Shown piece by piece: positions 39,001 to 54,000 of a DNA stretch of 64,000 nucleotides. The stretch is from Phoronis australis (lineage: Eukaryota > Animalia > Phoronida). Numbering within the stretch: position 1 is the first letter of the stretch; every line of letters begins with the position of its first letter. The stretch covers positions 332,345 through 396,344 of the forward strand of contig NMRA01000270.1 of assembly GCA_002633005.1 (NCBI GenBank), written 5' to 3'. Position numbers and translations under genes: made by a program. Under the pieces are notes generated by a model. It searched no databases, had not been told where the DNA came from, and saw nothing but the letters and a program-made list of their open reading frames with translations.

Positions 39001-42000
39001 GATAGGCAGGAACAAAAAGGTGCCATGAAAACAGGAGCCAGCAAAATATATTAGTCATCAAGAGATTATGTGTTACCTGGGACAAGGTTAGGTAATCTGT
39101 CACATGACACAATGTTTTCTTTTTGCCAGGGGAGGCAGGAATGATGTTAAGAAAGCCAACAAAGTGACTGAGAACAAATCCACAATAGTGCAGTATTGTC
39201 CTTGTTTGGTTACACAAAGAAAGCCATTGGGGCATTACAAGAGGCAGGCTGCTTTACCCCCACATGTCAATAGACCGACCCAGAGATAGCAAATAGTGAG
39301 TGTGGCTATGACACATAGTCACAGGTCCCCCACTTCAAACTAGCCTCCTGATAATGCTGACAATGGGGTAACTTTTTTGGAGGCTTAGTAACTCGTCTTT
39401 GGCTCATCAGAGTGCTCAGGTGATTTTGCGATACAGCCAAAAATGTCTTTTGTAAAATTCCCCAATTTGAAGTTATCACTAAAATATGAGAAACAGGCTC
39501 CTACGGCTTCAAATGTTCAATCACAAAAACTTTCATTTTCAACGCAATTCAGAAATGAAAACGAATAAAAATACATTGATAAAATAATGTGTGGTCATAG
39601 CCATGAATTGCAAAGAGTCTACCATTTTTAAAGTCCCCAAAGTACACCCGGCATTAATAGACCCTGATCATTTAACCACCATAATAAGGCTGACTATTTA
39701 GGTCAGACTACCATCATTTGTGATGGAGACTATTGTTTCACACAGACTACCATCATTTGTGATGGAGACTATTGTTTCACACATTTCATAGGCAAGTGAC
39801 TGGGCTATCAGTGACACAAGTCAACTTGTTCAAACAAGTCATTGACAGATAATCAAACCACAAAAAATATCCAGGCACATTGTTTCATTTAGGTAAATTT
39901 AGCAGGGCATTGACGTCTACTTATCTCCATTTTGCTCACAGACGTCTGTCACATGCATCAATTCAGTAAACCTCGAACAATTCTTCAGTTTAGAAACAAA
40001 ATCGTCATTTCATAAATTTCAAAGGTTGATTCCCTTCTTACAAATAATGAAAATTTTGCCAAATTTTTTCAAATGTTTATGGTAGTGCAAAAACGACTGA
40101 ATAAAGATTTCGCTAATCTCCATATTGGGTGCAAAAAAGCGAACTACAATGGCTGGGTAAAAGATGTCGCAAAAAAAATAAATTCTTACATATCAAAAGT
40201 TCATTTATGAGTTTCATTAGTGATACTTGTTGATGGTCTGAAAGGTAAAAAAATTCCCACTTGAATTAAGCGAACGTAACATTTATTACTGGCTGCACAA
40301 TTCGTGAAAATTTCACAAACCAACCAAATTTCCTTCACGCTATCAGCCCCGTATGAAGAAACGCTCTAAAAACGGCGGCAGTGCTAAATGGAGGCAAACA
40401 ACAACTGACTAAAAATACCCGCCAGCACAAATATGAGAAGTGCTGTCAGTCAATAAATAGTGGAGTGTGGTCATTAGCCGACTGATGGAGAGATCCACGC
40501 TAAACCACAGTACTATCAATAACTACTGTCCCAGGGACTCATTCATAAAACCACTATCAACACACCACACAGCGTAACCCACTTAACTGACATGGACAGT
40601 TGGTTGTTTAGTTAACTTAGAACCCATGACATCAGCGTTGCCACGGAAACAGGAAGAAATCAACCTCCTGAGGAATCAAGGCAGGATGGTAATTAAATGA
40701 AATCAAAAATCTGACCATATGATTCACTTTGGGTGTGTATCATAAGGACAAACTCAGCGCGGGATTGTAATTACGCGAAGAAATAAAAAATCTGACCATA
40801 TGATTCACCTCAGGCCTGTAAGATATTGTCTAAATATGGTCATTGATGTAAGACTTGTGCCGGATCTTTACAGCAGGGGGTGGGGTGGTGATCCGAGGAG
40901 GAAAGACTGTGGTTACATCTGACCACCAAACAACCAACAAAGGACCAGTTGACCAGCTAGGGTTATCTGTGTACCAGATGGACTCTACACATGGTGGCTT
41001 TCACAAAATCATGCGGGTAATAGTAGAGCAGTAGTTGTAGTAAGCGAAGACAACCACTCCTAACAATATCATGTGTCTTTAAGGATAATCTCTATTAATT
41101 TCATTCTAGGTCAAAGTTAGATAAAACAAAGTTAAACGGACACCAATTTTGGCAAACCCTATTCACCACAGAGGCTCTTGATACGTCTTTTTACGAATTT
41201 AATATAGAATTTGAAATTTTTCAAGAACTTAAAAAACACAAATACAAAATTGGCTATAATTTATGACCCAGTTTAGCCGTTAATGTTTAATTCTTAAGCA
41301 AAGCGCTTTAGGGTTAAAACAATGCTACACTCATTCGACCTTGAACTATTGCCAAATGAGACATCAACTCAAATCACAAACAATGCATACATGCACTATT
41401 TTCGAATTCGCATTTTATGGTAATAGCCAAGTGCAGCAATAACTTGTGAAGCATTTTCTTGACTTGTTGATGGTTTCAAGGTTCTAGCTAGAGCCGATTA
41501 TAGAATCCTATTCCGAAAAGGAATATTATGAGAATGATTTTATGAGAGTAAAAGTGATAATTAGATTTTCGTTGCAAGTTTAACTTATACTAATTACATG
41601 TAAGACGGCCTCTGAATGTATGTTTTAAGCAACTGAACTCCTGATCATGGTAGATGTTCAATATCGCTAGTAGTTCTAGCTCACTAGAAAAGTGAGATCT
41701 CCCAAGATTCAAGATTCTTCGAGATACTGCCTTATATTCTCAATGACAGCATTTGATTTCGGCTGGACTTTTGTTGCCATCAGACAGCTAGTGAACTCTA
41801 CAAAGGTGTCCTGCTGCCTCCTTATAAAACATGCCCATTTGAATGCAGTGTGTGGAGCTTTGATGATTTGACAGCAAAAGTGTTTGGGTGTTTTTCAAAT
41901 GTTTTCAAACCTTCATTCAACCAATTTTCATTTTTCTAGATGACCTGAACTACCAGATAGTCCTAGCTATACTTTAGCAATGCAAGAAAACATGATTTTA

Positions 42001-45000
42001 ACACTCAAATGCTCCCTAGCAGAAATTTTGACCATTTGCAAATAACTGCGGCACCGCATAACCGTTCATTATAATCACCACTTTATGTCTTGAAAGTGCT
42101 TGGTATGAAGCCAGGCACTAAATGTAGGAGTGCCCCTGTTCATGGTGGGCTTTAAATGTTGAATGAAAATAATGAGATGAGCATAAAATTCAGCCTTGAG
42201 ACTGAGGCAGTACTAAAAGTGAGGTAACAGTCTCTCATCTATCAACAATCCACTGGGGTGCTGCAAGGTTCAATGACTGCTCTGTATCAATACTCAGGGG
42301 TTCTTGAACAAGAAATTACTGTATTACCAACCAACTACCATCTACCGCCAGGCAAGCAAACAGACAGGTCATAATTGGCTACAGTTCCAGAGTGTGAGAC
42401 ACTTGAAAGAGGTGTAGCACAAGGGGGACCTAACAATATAAGATGGGATTTTCAGTGGAAATCTCCCAACAGAGAAGTGTTGTGAACTTTCCTACTAAGA
42501 CATCAAAGTTATTGCTAGGTGACGCACTGCCAGCCAAGCTTAAGTGCGATACTAGTGGGAAAGAGTCTTAAAGCTGCATTTTTCCACTCTTAAGATTTTA
42601 GTTTTTAGCCAGCTGATCAGGGATAAATGCAGCTTTAAATGATAGTCCAACACAAAACATGTCTTCGCTTACAATTTGATCTTTTCTATGTTTACCTGGA
42701 AATATTCTGAGCAGCAATTAAGGAGATTATCGTAATAACGAATGCCAAGCCACCCATGGACAATTAGTTTATGTCATAGAAGTCAATAATCAGAAACATG
42801 ATCAATGAGATTAAATGTTCTTGGTTGAAACAAAACACACAATACAAACAGAGTAAGTGGCACACATGTTCCCCAACACTTTTTTTCTCTCTAAAAACCA
42901 CCATGTTTATGGAAATGTAAACAGATTTAGCTCGCGTTAATCAACGGCATTAAATAAATTTCTAGCCTTCAGAATAACGAACCACACATTCATAATTCGT
43001 TTGATAACAATTGTTGATATTGGCAATTAATATTCCATCTACGGAACATGCAGATTCAATTTTGCACTCAAATATCAGATTACAGAAAAGATCTAAAAAC
43101 AGCCTCTCTTTGATAGTGTTCTATCATAAAACGATGAAATCTTACAACTGAATGACTGATACGAACTCAGCTTTTTATTGAAGTCAACAGAAGAAAACAG
43201 AACACAGGATATTACGATAATACTTAACCTATTTACCATACAATATGGATGGCACGTGAAATTCTAATTTGTCAAATTCTTACTAAAAACCAACACTGAA
43301 ATTCACCTCGGTTTGTATTGGGAAGTTTTAATATTTGATAAAAATCCCAATATTTACACGAAGGTAACCAGGTTTTGAAAAATGAAGAATGACAACGTTT
43401 GCAATTAATTATTTCTGAGCAAAATTTGTAGACAATTATTGTGCATAAAAACCAAAACAAGAAATATAGCGTTCACAAAATTCCAATTTCACAAATGTTA
43501 AAAAATTCAGTTTTCCACCAAATCGTATATATTCCATGAATTTAAAAATTTCAAGGCAACAGATATGCGATCTCAAAGTGATTTCCGTGTAACTTTAGCC
43601 AGTACTAATAGCTCTCATTATGAAATATAATACCACAAAGAATATGTGTAACATCATATTGGGTGGATAGGATATATACGGTATTGAATACAATTTTTCA
43701 GCAGTTTTCAATTTTTGCAAAGGAAACCTTGTGATTGTTGAGTACTATACTCTGAACACATTTACACTATGAACACTTCCTTTCATACAAACCAAGTGTG
43801 ATAAAATCTGACTGATTTAGGACACAACATTGAGGAAATGTAAAATTTTAATATCTACCTTTTCTAAAAGATATCCAGAACAGAATTAAGGCTTTTCAGT
43901 GTTCAAATTCAGTACCACAGCTGTCACTGGACAAAATTTTGAGAAATTCTGGGCATTCACGATGTTTTAAGAACTAGAAAATGACAAAGGGCAACTTCGG
44001 CAATTAATTTGTTGAAAACTGTTGAGATTTAGGTGTAGCACTGTACGCAAACAAGAGACATCAGTACAATCCTGACATGACAGTCTTCAGTTCAAAAGTT
44101 TCTCTGCTATAGACATCATCTCTTCGCCAAACTGATGAGCAACAAACGGACTGAACAGGAAATGAAGCCATCTCTTGCCATTAACTATGTATTTATTTCA
44201 ATGTTTAATTTTATTTTGTATTTGATATCGAATGGCAAGTATAAATGTAACCCTAAAGACAGAGAGAATCGATTTCTACAAAAGTCAATTTTCTGGCCAT
44301 CGCATCAATAGGTGAACTTTTTCATTGTCTGTTGCTTTAGAAGTATGCACAACCAGTGTGTAAGTACACTTAGTCCAGTAGACTCAACAGTCAGTCATCA
44401 ATCAATGGCTCCTGCTACGATATACATTGTTCCATGGATCACAAACTCACCTGATTTAGGATATTAATTGCAAGTATGAGTCACAGGCTATAGGTAATTC
44501 AATTAAGACTATTGTGATTAATTAACAGTTTCTGATAAGCTCGAATGCTGTGTGAATCAGGAAAATGTATTAAAGTTCCATTTGCATGTTGACATTACCT
44601 TCGATTGGATCCATAAACGAATGGAACATCAACATCAAAATGCTATTCGCATGCGCAAAGTAGTTTACTTTTATGAAAATTTATTTACTTAAGTATGCCT
44701 TCTACAAAATTCAGCAGGTGCGCAAAATGTGAGTTTGTGGTGTTAAGTTAAAAGCAGAACTAAATGTGGTAGACATCTTGAATGTAGGAAAACGCGTTAT
44801 GTCATAAAGTGGAGTTAAAAGGGATATGAAACACCCTTGAGAGGCATAACGAAAAACCCCGCTGGCAAAACTTGAGAAAGCGATGCCAGTGACTGTCTGA
44901 ATACATTTGGCCACACGAGGGCAAATGAACATAATTTGTGCATGTGGGGTTTATCAATTTGGGCAAATTTATCACCTAAACAAAAAAAACATTAGATTTT

Positions 45001-48000
45001 CTAAGACTACCAATGAAACTCTCTCCCTGAAGAACAAATGTTTCAAGTCCTACATTTCTTCTCTTTTTTACAAAATAAAACAAAATAATAATTGACACTG
45101 TACAATAACTCTTCACTAATTTAACACATGAAATAGCCGACAAGAGAAATTCTATTTTGTCAAATTTCTCTACAATATAAAATTTTAGAAGATTGCTAGC
45201 ATGGTTTGTACTATGAAGATATCATAAAACAAATTTTTGTTAAATTTTCCGGTATTTGCTGTAATCAGCCATTGAAAGGTAGTAAAACAACATTTTTGGA
45301 AATTGTTTTTGTACAAAAATAAGCGAAGGAATTCCGTACATTCCTGCAGTATCCGTTACACTTCTCCCCAAAAATGATCGAACAATAAACAGGTAATATG
45401 TGATTTACAACTTCAGTTTATTAAGTATGAATACACCTCTTGCACCGTCATTGTCTAAGGTCAATCCCAGTGAAGCTTCCTGTTCACTTTTTCACTGAAC
45501 TGGAAATCAAAATATGCCCTAATACAGCATACTGTGAGTATGTACAGAAACAATTCATCTATGAGAAATCCCATAAATGCAGATATGAAATATCCAAAAA
45601 ATTCACGATAGGACAAGCTCTACAAAGTGCCGTCCACACACAGACAAGTTACTCCTGGAACGAGTTGTCGCTAGGTTTGAGTGTAGTCTGTACGCTATTT
45701 AAACCAGCGCAACTTACCTCACTTGCGTGTGAAAACTTACACCACAGTATCGAGGTGGGGTAAATTGTTCTAAGGTAACTTGCACCACTTGGAATTATCA
45801 GCTGTGGTAACAGCATGGGTATTAAGGTATTCATTGTCCGGTAAAGAGCGACAACTTCCGCCTTACCCTCGTTATCGGAAAGGTGAGTGTGTGGACGCTC
45901 CATAAAAGTGGGGTAAGTTGCACTACTGCAAGTTGTTCTATTGTTGGCTGTGTGTGTACGGGACTTTACAAACATAAAATAAAAATTAAAAGTTACCGCA
46001 TTAATTAAAGATACCAACAATTATTATTCTTTAAGAATCTATTTGATATCTGACTTTAAAAGAGGACTTGCTAGCCAACCAAATTGATCGACCACAGTTA
46101 ATACAGTACTACAAACATCTTAAGATATTACATTAAATATACAAGACCAAGAGAGATATCTCTGCCACAACATCACTCAGTGAACTGACCAAGATGACTC
46201 ATAAATAAGCTGACCAATGAGATATCAGCGTTATGATTGACTTCCTGCAGAGGTGGACCTGCTAAGCCAGGAAATGGAAGTGTGGCTTATGACAAAGCCA
46301 AGCACACCAAATGAGCTTTTGGATTTTTTAATGTCTTTTTAAAAGCCATTATTGTCTGCGTTTCAAAAGATTGTAGTATAAAGCTCATATGTTGTATTCA
46401 CCAGCAAAGAGCATGCAGTTGAACAGGTTGGAGAGCAGAAAACTTTTAAGAGGGTTTATCTAGCGCAGCAAAAGAAACGTTAATTGTTGTTAATTTCTAA
46501 TGCACTTAACAAGGGACCTTCATTTTTGTTTGAGATTTAGTTTAGGAAAAATATGTACGTACAATTAATTCCAAATTGAAAGATCTTGAAAAGCAACTTT
46601 TAATTCAATAAAATGTGACTACACATCTTTATAATTATTTCTAAATTTCATTAATTTATAACTTCAATATGCACATTCACTCTGATTCAACACATAGTGC
46701 ATGTTTTGCTTAAAAAACATGGCTAACACTTGACCAAAAGCCCCAACAAAAACATTTTTTTATGAGACAATCACCTTGATTATTAGAGCAAACTCAGAGG
46801 AAGTCTGGTTACATACTACAAGAACATTGTTCTATGACTTTGGTAGCACATAAGACACATCGGCTACACTCCATAATCTATGTCACCATGGTAACGAAGA
46901 CCAAAAGCAATCAGAGCCAGGAGAAGTGACAAGTTTAGTGTCAAAGTATGACTCACACTCAATGGTCAACAGTAATTAATAACACATTATCAGTCAAACT
47001 GACCATTCCTGACATAGGCTAAAGTTTCATTGTCTCAACTGGAAATTAATATTAGGTTACACCATCAGTCATCAACCAGCACTGCTGTCGGCATAAAGCT
47101 GTTAAACAATTATTAAACTTTCGTTAAAAATCAGAGAAGAAATCTCAGCAAATACACCTTTGAAAGACTGTATAATTTTCGAGGGGGAATTCACCAGGGC
47201 TTGGAATGACCAATGACAAAAAAGAGGAAAACTTTCCAGGTGATGTATCATTCCACAAATAGGCTAGCGTGATAGAAATATTTTTAGTGCAGTTGAATTA
47301 AACTGAAATAAATGTTTTTGTATGAATGAAGTCAACATAACGATAAAAAGGGACAAAAAACGAGACTGGAAACCAAAAACAAGGGAAATTGACTTAAAAG
47401 AGGAAACTGATACAGCAATTGCAAAATAAACTAAAAATGTGCTCTTGTTCAATTCATTATGTGAATAACCAAAAATAATTAAATTCTGAATATCAAGCAA
47501 ATTTCATTACATAAGTGTCGTTAATTTTCATATCACTTCATTCACTTGGTTGTCATTTTCTAATTTATTGATATTTTATAAAATTACATGTATTACTTGA
47601 TGTCAGGCATTGGAGAGACAATTATCGACATAATTTACTATAATTTAAGATATACAGCGATAAAAACTCTTTAAACTGGGACAAAAATAATTGCTAAAAT
47701 TTTACCAAATGTTGTTTGGCAATATACCACATGCTAAAAACAAAGTAAATTTTCCCGACAAGTTACTTGAGTCGAGAAATGTGACAATTGAAGTTTCACC
47801 TGTCTGCCATACTTAGTCTCAAACCTAGCATTCTTTACAGTAATACGAACGAGTAGTTCTTGAATTTCAATGACAAGAAAGTCATCTTTGGGTAGACAAG
47901 AAAGTCATCTTTGGGCAGACAAGAAAGTCATCTTTGGGTAGACAAGAAAGTCATCTTTGGGTTTTCTAAACACCTAATGGAGACTACAAAAGTGACACAG

Positions 48001-51000
48001 TAAATGCGCAGTAAATGTGTAGTCGGCTAATGACTGAAGCATCTTGCCAATAATGGATAAGATAAAACTGTGCTTGCATCTGCTATCACAGTTACTAATC
48101 TCTGATGACTAAGGAGGCTATCTACACAGGTTGACCAGTTGGTAATAGGTGCTTTCATCTTTTCTGAGCAATAAAAATTACTTTTATCAATCATGTGTTT
48201 TTGTTCATTTCCGTTTTTTAATTTGTTTTAGCACTGTTTCCATACGTTTGAATCTTATTTTTTGTTAGTTGACGTTATTTGCAAATCATACAACATCCGA
48301 CAGGAAATATCCTGGGAAATTAATCAGAGAGGCATGGAAAATACTTATGTGGGAATGACCAGCAAACGCCCCATTCAAGTATGGTCAGTCCAGAGTTTAC
48401 AATAACAGTAAAAAATCGGAATTTTGCTGAAAATAAATTTATACATGTAATATAACAATCACTTAATACAATGACTACAGTAATACTAACACTACTAATG
48501 AAAACAATACAAGCACAAGTTTATTGAGTAGTAAATTATTAATTAATTACATGCTTTTTATGATAAAATGTACAATAAGTTTAAGAAAGGCTATATGTGT
48601 TCATAATACATCGTTGTCTTCTGCGATGATGGCAAAAAGCGAGAGAAGTTACTTACTAGTTACTTTCGTGATACATACCTAACTTCTAGGTATGTATCAC
48701 GAAAGTAACTAGTAAGTAACTTCTCTCGCTTTTTACCAATTTTAAGACAGCAAAGGAAACATCACTCACTGATTACAGGGCTTTTCAAATCTATGATGAT
48801 GTAAGGAAATTTTGGAAAGTTCTGTTCTGTATGAATGGATTCCTTTGGTTTTGCATCCAATTCAAGATGACATGAATACTATGCAGTAAACGCGTAGATT
48901 CAACAGCAGAGCATCAATGCTTTGACCCAGTGTTAAAGGTTAACACTGATTTCATTGGAGTTAGCCATTATTCATTTCACCATAGTTTATCAAAATATTC
49001 ACCAGTCGATTACTACAAGCATTTTATTTTACTTATCAGAACATGGCAATTCATATTTGAACAAGAACGACGCAACGCCATCTGGCGGTAACTTTGATAA
49101 CTCGTGAGAGTTCTTGGGTGACCATTAAATACCACAACCAAGTGTGAAAGGTTCAGCCTAACTTCACAGTTTACACTGACACACATCCTGCAACAGAGTT
49201 AGTCTAAAAATATATCATACAACATGTGTATAGCTTCACACATCTGTCCAACTCAGTGCTCAGATAGCTGGACAGGAACAATCCAACTGATACAACCTCG
49301 TTATCAATACCTGAACTATGAATGGAAGGAGTCCTCAAATATCAAACGAGTATTAAAGATTACTCAATGAGTCCAATACAAATAGTTTTCTAACCGCATC
49401 ACCCACTAGATACTTAGAGCACTGTTGAGAAATATTTACTCTAACTTTTGAGATGGTGCGATTTCTCAAGTGTAGTATTTTCCTTGGCGGTGACTAATTT
49501 ATTACGCATATCCAGGATCAAAGATTGCGGGAAAACTGACGAGTTTATTTTGCACTAAACACTGATGCTTCTCAACACCAAAGTTACCTGGCTTTAAAGG
49601 AAAGGTGGAAAGCAACAGTTTTTGAGGCTACCTTTGGTAAAAATACAGATCCCTGGTGAGACATTGTTCGTGTTGATTACTTTTCCCTTGGCGTGCATTT
49701 ATAATCCATGGAAACATGGAAAAGGACGTAAAGAGCTTAAGTAAAAGGTCAACTTCTCGGTTCTGCATTCAGTTCCTTTACACAAACATGAATGACGGAT
49801 GTAGACTGTGTTCAATAGTGAGCAGGACGTTGCATTTGCTCAATGGAAGTGCATGTCAAACCGAGATGCGCATCCTTTGTTTGGCCATTCACATCGTTTT
49901 CTGTTGTCTCATGGATAATGAATACTCACCACGGAAACATAAATCGCAACAGAAAAATGGGTTTGCAAGATAACCAGGAGTCTAAATTTTTACTAAACGT
50001 GACAACAAGAATGGTTGCATTCCCCTTTAAGAACAGACAACGAGATTAAAAGAAATGACTAATTATGAATACAGAAGTAAGCTAGACAGGTAGACAGGTA
50101 GTCTGCCAGTTGAACCACCAGGGAGCAGGCATGACGGCCGGCTAGCGAGTGATAATGTGCAATGAGGTGTGAACTCATCTGATTGAAGCACATCTACCGT
50201 AATTCTTCAGCGATTTCACACAAAACAATTGACAAATTTTGTCACGTTTTATTTTTGTGAAAGACTGACTACTTTCAAATATGCATATTACAAATGAATT
50301 ATACTTTTGATAAATAGATGAAGAATTAACATATTTAATATTTCCATAGCAACAAACGGAACAACAAATCTGATTTCAATTCCTCAAATTTGTGCAGAGA
50401 ACTATGTACACAGATCAGGTATACATTTAATATTCAAGAGGAAAGTCAAGATGAATCCTTTGTAGATACCTGCCAGAGACCTCTACACAGACCTGCATAC
50501 GTTTGTACCAACACGGACAAAAAATAGAGGCCTGTTCATAGACCTGGGGAGGGGGGGCGTTTATACCAACGTACACAAATGTACTTGATCAGTTTTGAGG
50601 GCTTGACCAAGTACAAATTCATGCAACCAATAAGCTATCAAGAGTGAGGAACATTATGAATACCACCACTTCACAGTCCAGATGTTTGTTGCTTACAAGT
50701 AAGAAGTGAACATTTAAGAATTTAGAGTTGCACAACCCAGGCCCATCAAAGACAGCCTAGGTCACTGACCCATCATTCACTGGCCAACATACACTGGCTC
50801 AGTAGATGCACAAGATGGCTGACTACTTGTTTGATTAAGCTAGCTATTACCAGAGATGAGGTCACTAATGCTCATTTTACAAACATGGTGTGGTTAACCG
50901 CAAAAAGCTCAGAACATCCCTTAGTGTATACAGTATGAGGGGAGGTGGTCTTGGTACAATATTGGGTTACCCTAGTGCATATAGTATGCACCTTTACCAA

Positions 51001-54000
51001 TAGAGCTTGCAACTTCCAGAAATTGAATTAGCAAGTAATTGAAGTCTTACTTAGCCTCATAATTCTTCCAATGTATTTAGCCTAAAGAAATTATTCATGT
51101 AGCCAGTCTGGCTAGTTGAATTGTCCAGCTTGGCTGAGCACTGATTTTTTGATTTCATCATATTTGGTCAGATGACTGTCATGGGAAATTTCGTTTAACA
51201 TGTCGAAGAAGGCGTCCACACTCGGCGCAAACAGTGATGGGGTTAGGTTCAAGTTCAGAACAACCCGTCATTATTGCAAGCAATCTAAAATAAATGAAAG
51301 CGAGACAAAAATGATTTGCTCATCGATGTAATTAGATTTATTCAGACGCACTCATCTGACGATATGAAATGGATTAATTCTTGTGCGAGCGGTCGTGTCC
51401 AGAAACGGATTACGATTGAAGGAAAATGAGGCAAAACGAAGACTACTGAGAGCAAGTCCGTGATGGACTTTTTAAGTTGTTTTAATGTACAAAAAGCAAT
51501 TCAAAGTGGCATTTTTTCACGGAACAAGACATAGAAAGTTGGTATGCTGCTTTGACAGATATGCAGAATTAAGAAATTATCACAGCATTGTGCTACTCCT
51601 GAATCAGTGTAATAAGCCGAAAATCACAGAAAATGACAGACCAGAAAGTAAATGTATCACTTCTTAAAACTGGCACTGGCATTAGAAGATCAGACTCCTG
51701 GGAAATTTAGAGCAAATAGAATGTTCTACAAATACAAGACAGGCATGCATTTCATACATAACAATTTGGTGACATCATTACTATCTATACAGACACCAGG
51801 GGGCACTAACGACTAACTTTAACAAGCCATTACTAGTAGCAACAACAAAATTTTCAGATTAAAAAAAAATTCAGTTTGCAAAAAAGGAGGAATTCAAAAT
51901 TCAGCAGGTGGTGCTCGCGAAACAACAGTCTCTTGACTGTCAGGTATTAATTCACAATCCTCAAGTCATCTGGAACCTTATCTTGCAAAGGCCAAAACGT
52001 TGATAAACAGCTTTCAGTTTGTGTGATGAGGTACTTCAGCACCACCTAGTGAGCATAAAGTTGTGAACATAAAGTTGCTCTCGGATGCTACATGAAAAGT
52101 CCCAATAGGGACTCAACTACATTCCGTAAATTTACAGCAAATTTGCAGACTTTGTTTTCTCACTAATGTTGAATTTTTTCATCATGCTTTCTGTTTGTGA
52201 CTTCCTCTTTCACTTGTAACAGTTCCTATTAACATACCTGAAAACTGGACACTTATTTTTAATGAAAATAATTTCGGACTTAGTCCTTAAATAAGGAACT
52301 TTGCAAGAAAAGGTTTCTGTTCAGCTTAAGTAATATTAAGAATTGAATGAACAGCTTAGTCTCGATGTGTATCAAAGCTAAAACATGATGTAGCAAATGA
52401 AACAGGAAATTCATTTTTCCAGCCAAACATGCACTGAGGAAGACATCAGGAAGGGCAGATGTTGAAAATTTCTACAGGTATTTACCACCTTTTTGGATGG
52501 AAGACACTAATTTCCCTGTGTCAATTACTATTCACTATCCTGATGAAACTGTCTAAAGATAGCATAACAGTATCATAAAAAGAACCATAAGAATTTACAC
52601 AAAGTCCACAAATGCACTGAAATTTTACAGACCATAGTTGAACCCCTATTGGGACTGCTTCATACAACTGGCTACAGAGGTCACTGGTGTATTGCAGTTT
52701 TCCTGTCACTGTCATGTGTTTCTCACTAGGATCCAAGGACATGTCTCAGCCAGACATGACCCCCACTCAACCCACAGGATATCCTTGACAGTTGGTCTTC
52801 ATAAAGAATACCAAATGGACACCTGTCTCAATCATGTGTTCCATGAATGTTCAGTTGCTTAGTAACCCATCACTACATGGTAAAATGTGGTTAAATGCAG
52901 AGGGGGGGGGGGAGGGTACAAGAATAAAAAGTGACACTCCTACTGGCATAAATGGACAGGGGTAACGACTCCTACTCCTTGCAAAACAGCTCCGACTATA
53001 GTGGAATATTTTTCTTCATTAACTCCACCAATTGAATTCTTATGACTACACCAGTATACCTGCCAGTATTCTTGACGAGCAAACAAAATATTGGAGGTGG
53101 CCTAATCTGCCACCATACAAACCCCCTTCACAAGTCTACACCACAAGCAAATAATGATTTATACTGTTTCTAACCTTGCACCCCTCTGTAGGTATAAAGA
53201 TGCTTGTTTTTAACATTTACAAGATTAACCTTGTTGCATGCACAATTGCAATTAGCAAGCAGGTGTTATCACAAATTGAACCACTTAGCCAGCCCGGATC
53301 CTACAATGCATTCAGTGGTAACATGGTACAAGCCAACATCTTATACCATGACTCACACCATTGATCGGCCAAGTGGGTATCTGCCAGGCTTCATTCAACA
53401 AACACTTCTCATCCGACTACATCAAAGTTTTGCTGCTAACACCTACTGGTAGACCACTTCCTTCTAACACTGGAAACCACACAGTTTATAGAGAACCTCA
53501 AAGTTGATGTTATTTTTAGTGATTAGACTAAACAATACATGATCTGTCATTGTACATGCAGGCTTCACTCTACCAAGGTTTCCATTTTCGACCTTTTTAT
53601 AAAATAACAAATAATTTCATTGGTCGAACTTACCACTTTTATTTTCATTGGATTTAATGAGTCACAATATTCACCAAAGTTCTATTATTTTACCAAGAAT
53701 GTACGTTGTACAAAGGTGCTCAAGTAATATCTGTGCAATCTGAGGAAGGCTTCAATAATAGTGACAACATTCTCAATTTTTTTTGCCTTCTGAGAATAAT
53801 GTTTATTTGTTAGAACCCATGGGAAATAAACCGTAGCACTTAATAAGTTGTAACATTACTGATAAGTAGGAAAACCTAACTAAAATCATAACAATAACTA
53901 CATCTTTTCCTTTGAAGTTGTGCTTTTTCAAAAATGGCATCTGCATCAACCCGCAACGCGAAGTACCAACGAGGCCAAAAAAGGTTCTACCCCGACTCGT

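Noticed and set aside
45700-45930. GCAACTTACC ... GGTAAGTTGC inverted motif with related internal copies
   Set aside because: Only a 10-bp match. Probably an old transposon remnant, but its boundaries and family cannot be supported.
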